Below are positions 60,658 to 64,000 of a stretch of 64,000 nt of DNA, in pieces (the first letter of the stretch is position 1; every line of letters starts with the position of its first letter). Below the pieces are notes generated by a model, which saw only the letters and a list, made by a program, of their open reading frames with translations, was not told the DNA's origin and made no database searches. Made by a program: the position numbers and the translations under genes. Origin of the DNA: a virus. Its lineage: Duplodnaviria; Caudoviricetes. The stretch spans positions 1 through 64,000 of IMG/VR virus record IMGVR_UViG_2893071988_000005. One strand, 5' to 3'.

Positions 60658-61918
60658 AACCATCCACCCGACCGAGCCGGCGGGTGCGATGGAGCGTCGT
60701 CTCGAGCAGGTTAGCGGGGAACGCTGGCCGCTCGATGTCGATGCCATCCGCCGCGCCCAGGATCCTTGGACCTGCCCTGAACGCTTGCTGCCGTGGCTCG
60801 CCCATAGCCGTGGTGTTCGGCTGTGGTTTGATGATTGGCCGGAATTCCGCAAGCGCCAGGCGATTGCCCTGTGGCCGGAGATCCTTCGCAACATCGGCAA
60901 GATGCGCGCTATCCGCCTCTGCCTCCTGCTGGTCGATGCGCCCTTGAAGGGCTACGACTTGCCACCGAAGCGGCCCTATCTTGGCGTATCGCTCACCGGC
61001 GAGCGCCGGCAGCGCTGGCTTTCGCATCTGCCTCAGCTTCGCCTCTACGAACACCGGTCCCGGTACGAGGGAGAGAGCAGCGCGCGGTATGTGAGCCGGA
61101 ACTTCGTTCTCCGGCCGGGTGGTGCGATCTGCGGTCCCGACCCTGCCGCCGTCTACTACGGCGTTCGAGCCTTCCTCTGGAAGGGCGGACAGGAGACGGC
61201 GCTCAAGGTGCATGAGCTGGAGCGTTCATCGGAGACGAAGTTCTCCGAAAAGACGGTCCGGGTGCATTTGCCACCGCGCAAGCTCACCGCCTTCCGGACT
61301 GGCGGACCCCTCGGATATCTGAGGCCGGACGGCGATGCGAAAGCGCAATTCATGACGGTGACCCTCACCGAGAGCGCCGTCTCGTCCAAAGCTGACATCC
61401 GCATTCGCGAATATGCCCTGGGCTATGAACCGGTCGACACTCGATACGAGGAGGTGGCCGAAGCCTACACGCCCGAGCCGTCGGCGCGCTTTCTCGGCCG
61501 TTGCACCCCAGGCGGCGTGATCAGCAGCCGGATGCTGTGCGGACGAGATCCCGCCTACCTTCATCTCTACCAGCGGGTCTACCTCTACGACGAGGCCGCC
61601 ACCCAGTACGCGCACCGGCCGAGCGGCACCTTCGCCCTCAACAGTGCCCGGCTGGGGATAAAGCCGTTCACGGGGCACCTGAAGGTGGACATCCGTGAAC
61701 CATCCCCCACGCGAAGGTTCCGCGTCGGCGGCACGCTCGGTGCCGTCACGACGCTTCCTCACACCCGCCTGAAGCGGGCGATCGAGGCTGTGAAGGTCGC
61801 GCAAGGCGGCACGGACGCCTTCGTCATCCACACCGACATCTTCACGCCTGTGACCCTTGGCGACCGTCCGCGACTGGACGGCTCCGTGCGGCTCGGCCAA
61901 ATGCTCAGGAGATTCTAA
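60650..61918 (+). CDS. Phage tail protein I (P2-like), extended
   Basis: 'DPWTCPERLLPWLAHSRGVRLWFDDWPE'. Confidence 0.85.
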   Translation: MFRTIHPTEPAGAMERRLEQVSGERWPLDVDAIRRAQDPWTCPERLLPWLAHSRGVRLWFDDWPEFRKRQAIALWPEILRNIGKMRAIRLCLLLVDAPLKGYDLPPKRPYLGVSLTGERRQRWLSHLPQLRLYEHRSRYEGESSARYVSRNFVLRPGGAICGPDPAAVYYGVRAFLWKGGQETALKVHELERSSETKFSEKTVRVHLPPRKLTAFRTGGPLGYLRPDGDAKAQFMTVTLTESAVSSKADIRIREYALGYEPVDTRYEEVAEAYTPEPSARFLGRCTPGGVISSRMLCGRDPAYLHLYQRVYLYDEAATQYAHRPSGTFALNSARLGIKPFTGHLKVDIREPSPTRRFRVGGTLGAVTTLPHTRLKRAIEAVKVAQGGTDAFVIHTDIFTPVTLGDRPRLDGSVRLGQMLRRF

Positions 61919-61920
61919 CG

Positions 61921-64000
61921 ATGAGGAAAGTCTCTTTCGGCGACTTCCAGTTCGTCGAGACTATCGACCTCAACAATATGGGCAATTTCGCTCAGGAGGG
62001 CCTCGACGCCCTCGGCGCGATGGCTGTCGGCCGCGGGCGCGGCTGGGAGGGCTTCAACGTCCTGCAGGATACGTCGTCCTCGGTAAACGTCGTCGTCGGC
62101 CGGATCATTCTCGACGGCATCATGTACGGACTGCCTGATCTGGCTCTCACGCCGGTGGATCTTCTGGCGGTATCGCCGACCAGCTCGAAAAAGATCATCA
62201 CCATCGTTGCCACCGGCGCTGAGGTGCCCACCGGCGCCGAGCCGCGCAGCTTCGAGGACGAGACGACCAAGGAGGCAATCTCCAAGTCGCATTTCACCGA
62301 GAAGCGCCGCAAGATCGGCATCGGCCTGGTCGCGGGTGAAGAGGCGCCGACGCCGATGCGCCCGGCTCTCCTGCCGAGCTACACGGCGATCGCATATGTC
62401 ACGATGCAGGTCGGGGCAGGGGTCGTCGCTATCGAGATGGCCTACGATTTTCAGGTGAAAAGCCTCCAGGCACAGGAAGCCCGTTTGAAGGCCGCTGAGG
62501 GCACTTTGGCGGCCGCAGGTACGCAGCTGGAAACGCTCGGCACCACCATCGCCAACACCCAGCAGAGCATCAGCCGCATGAACGTGCCGCTGATCAACCA
62601 GATCGCCCGTTTCGTGGCCGAACTTCGCGATATGTTCGGTCGTAGCTCGGACGGCCTGCTCGATGGGTATGAGCGTTTCATGACGCTCACCGGGACGGAC
62701 GAGGCCGCAGTCGGGTACAAGGCTCGTGTTGAGGAGGGGTTGCGGTTCCCATGGGCTGCGACCATCGAGATCACGCCGCAGCTGCTGAACCCCGGCAATG
62801 GCCGCACGATGACGCTGTCGGGCTGGACTCTCCCGCGCTTCACGAAGTCTCTGCGCCTCAACATCTGGCGCCAGGACATTTCGGTCAACGTCGCCGACTA
62901 CAACTACAGCAACGTCTCGGCGACCGTATATCCGGGGGCCAAGACCCGTCGTCGTTCCGGTCCTTCGATGATCGTGAGCGAGAACTCGCAGCTGTGGCAG
63001 GACGGGCGCTACACCTACAACTACCTGACGCAGACCTTCAAGGTTGGCACCGAGAACTGGGTCGTCACCGACGAGTGGGTGCAGGATGGCGTAACCTATC
63101 GCCGCGTCGAGCAGTTCTTCAGCGACAAAATCCCGTACTGGAACGGCTACCGAAGCATGACGGACGCCGTGTCCGGCAACCTGCTTGCACAGACCTTCCT
63201 CAATGCGCAGCCGGGCTGGCTGCTTGAGCTTGGCCTGCGCTTTTCGAAGGTCACGGCCGACGACTTGAAGGTCTACCTCACCGGTCTCACGGGTGGTCAG
63301 CCCAGCTTCGACAAGACCTATAGCCAGGGTCTGATTTCGGATGCTGTTGCGTCGGCGGGCGATGGGACCGATGGGCATGAGAACAAGGCTGTCATGCAGC
63401 CGATCTTCATGCAGACCGGCGAAAAGTACGCGCTGCAGCTGTCCACCGCGGGCGACTATGCGGTCGCGTGCCGGGCGGACAACTATCTCACGCTCGGTTC
63501 ACTGCACAACGGCGACGGCCTCGGCTACATCGCCGACCTCGGCAAAGACATGTGCATGCGGCAGTACTTTGCCCAGTTCGACAACAACTATGTTGAGGTC
63601 GAGCTGCAGTCGCTCACCCTGAGCGGCGGCATCACCGATATCGACATCATCTCGGAGGAATACGTTCCGGAAGGGTCGCAGCTGATTTTCCGCTACGGGA
63701 TCGGCGGCGCCTGGCACGAGATCGACAAGACCTCGGGTACCCACCCGCTCGCCGTTCTCCCGCCGACGATTGTCTTCGGGGCGCTGATGGTGGGAACGCG
63801 TGATGCGATGCCGGGCATCAACCTCGCCAACACGAGGGTCCGGCTCTCTCGCGCCGACGACGATTTCGTCTGGCAGTCCAAGGTCAAGAACTGCGGCACT
63901 CCTGCCGCCACCGTCGAGATGATCGTGGTGCTCCGCAACTGGAAGCCCGCCAAGCACACGCTGACCAGTTCGGTTCTCAGCGGTGCCAACACCGACGCGC
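61921..64000 (+). CDS. Large baseplate/tail protein, truncated by the window end
   Basis: ATG at 61921 after AGGAG (MRKVSFGDFQ...); frame appears open to the window end; follows tail protein I. Confidence 0.75.
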   Translation, partial: MRKVSFGDFQFVETIDLNNMGNFAQEGLDALGAMAVGRGRGWEGFNVLQDTSSSVNVVVGRIILDGIMYGLPDLALTPVDLLAVSPTSSKKIITIVATGAEVPTGAEPRSFEDETTKEAISKSHFTEKRRKIGIGLVAGEEAPTPMRPALLPSYTAIAYVTMQVGAGVVAIEMAYDFQVKSLQAQEARLKAAEGTLAAAGTQLETLGTTIANTQQSISRMNVPLINQIARFVAELRDMFGRSSDGLLDGYERFMTLTGTDEAAVGYKARVEEGLRFPWAATIEITPQLLNPGNGRTMTLSGWTLPRFTKSLRLNIWRQDISVNVADYNYSNVSATVYPGAKTRRRSGPSMIVSENSQLWQDGRYTYNYLTQTFKVGTENWVVTDEWVQDGVTYRRVEQFFSDKIPYWNGYRSMTDAVSGNLLAQTFLNAQPGWLLELGLRFSKVTADDLKVYLTGLTGGQPSFDKTYSQGLISDAVASAGDGTDGHENKAVMQPIFMQTGEKYALQLSTAGDYAVACRADNYLTLGSLHNGDGLGYIADLGKDMCMRQYFAQFDNNYVEVELQSLTLSGGITDIDIISEEYVPEGSQLIFRYGIGGAWHEIDKTSGTHPLAVLPPTIVFGALMVGTRDAMPGINLANTRVRLSRADDDFVWQSKVKNCGTPAATVEMIVVLRNWKPAKHTLTSSVLSGANTDA

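Larger units (their letters stand above)
3322..64000. mobile_element. Temperate prophage (lambda-like head, P2-like contractile baseplate) integrated at tRNA-Gly; right end outside the window
   Basis: Contiguous integrase, RecT, CI/Cro, primase/DnaB, terminase, portal, capsid and baseplate genes directly after a tRNA 3' end. Confidence 0.93.

Overview
High-GC Rhizobiaceae-like chromosome segment. Bases 1-3321 are host core: tRNA-Thr, LysR regulator, azoR, TrmH/RlmB-type rRNA methyltransferase, tRNA-Tyr and tRNA-Gly. From the 3' end of tRNA-Gly to the window end lies one large temperate prophage of more than 60 kb, truncated inside the tail genes. It has an integrase and RecET-like arm (3.4-12.4 kb), a CI/Cro switch (12.9-14.1 kb), a primase/DnaB replication block (14-20.8 kb), a ~27 kb leftward accessory operon (20.7-47.6 kb), and a lambda-like head with a P2-like contractile baseplate (49.1-64 kb). 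The accessory operon holds the most interesting signals. (1) A stand-alone RAMP/Cas7-like gene (44300-44872) is flanked by five structured non-coding units, each with 13-15 pentamers of a constant CRC triplet plus a variable NN dinucleotide. This is a candidate gapped-code RNA-guided system (VIPR-like); one unit decodes to a protein-like codon string. (2) Nine highly divergent small paralogues share two ungapped motifs and are interleaved with MoxR AAA, vWA-metallopeptidase, ligase and dnaN genes. (3) A three-unit CRISPR-repeat-like RNA array has its own putative promoter and terminator but no cas operon. (4) A 13-bp motif sits 4-6 nt upstream of nine ribosome-binding sites. (5) GATAC-N5-GTATC operators overlap three promoters spread over 36 kb. 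All family assignments come from motif recognition by eye; no database searches were run.
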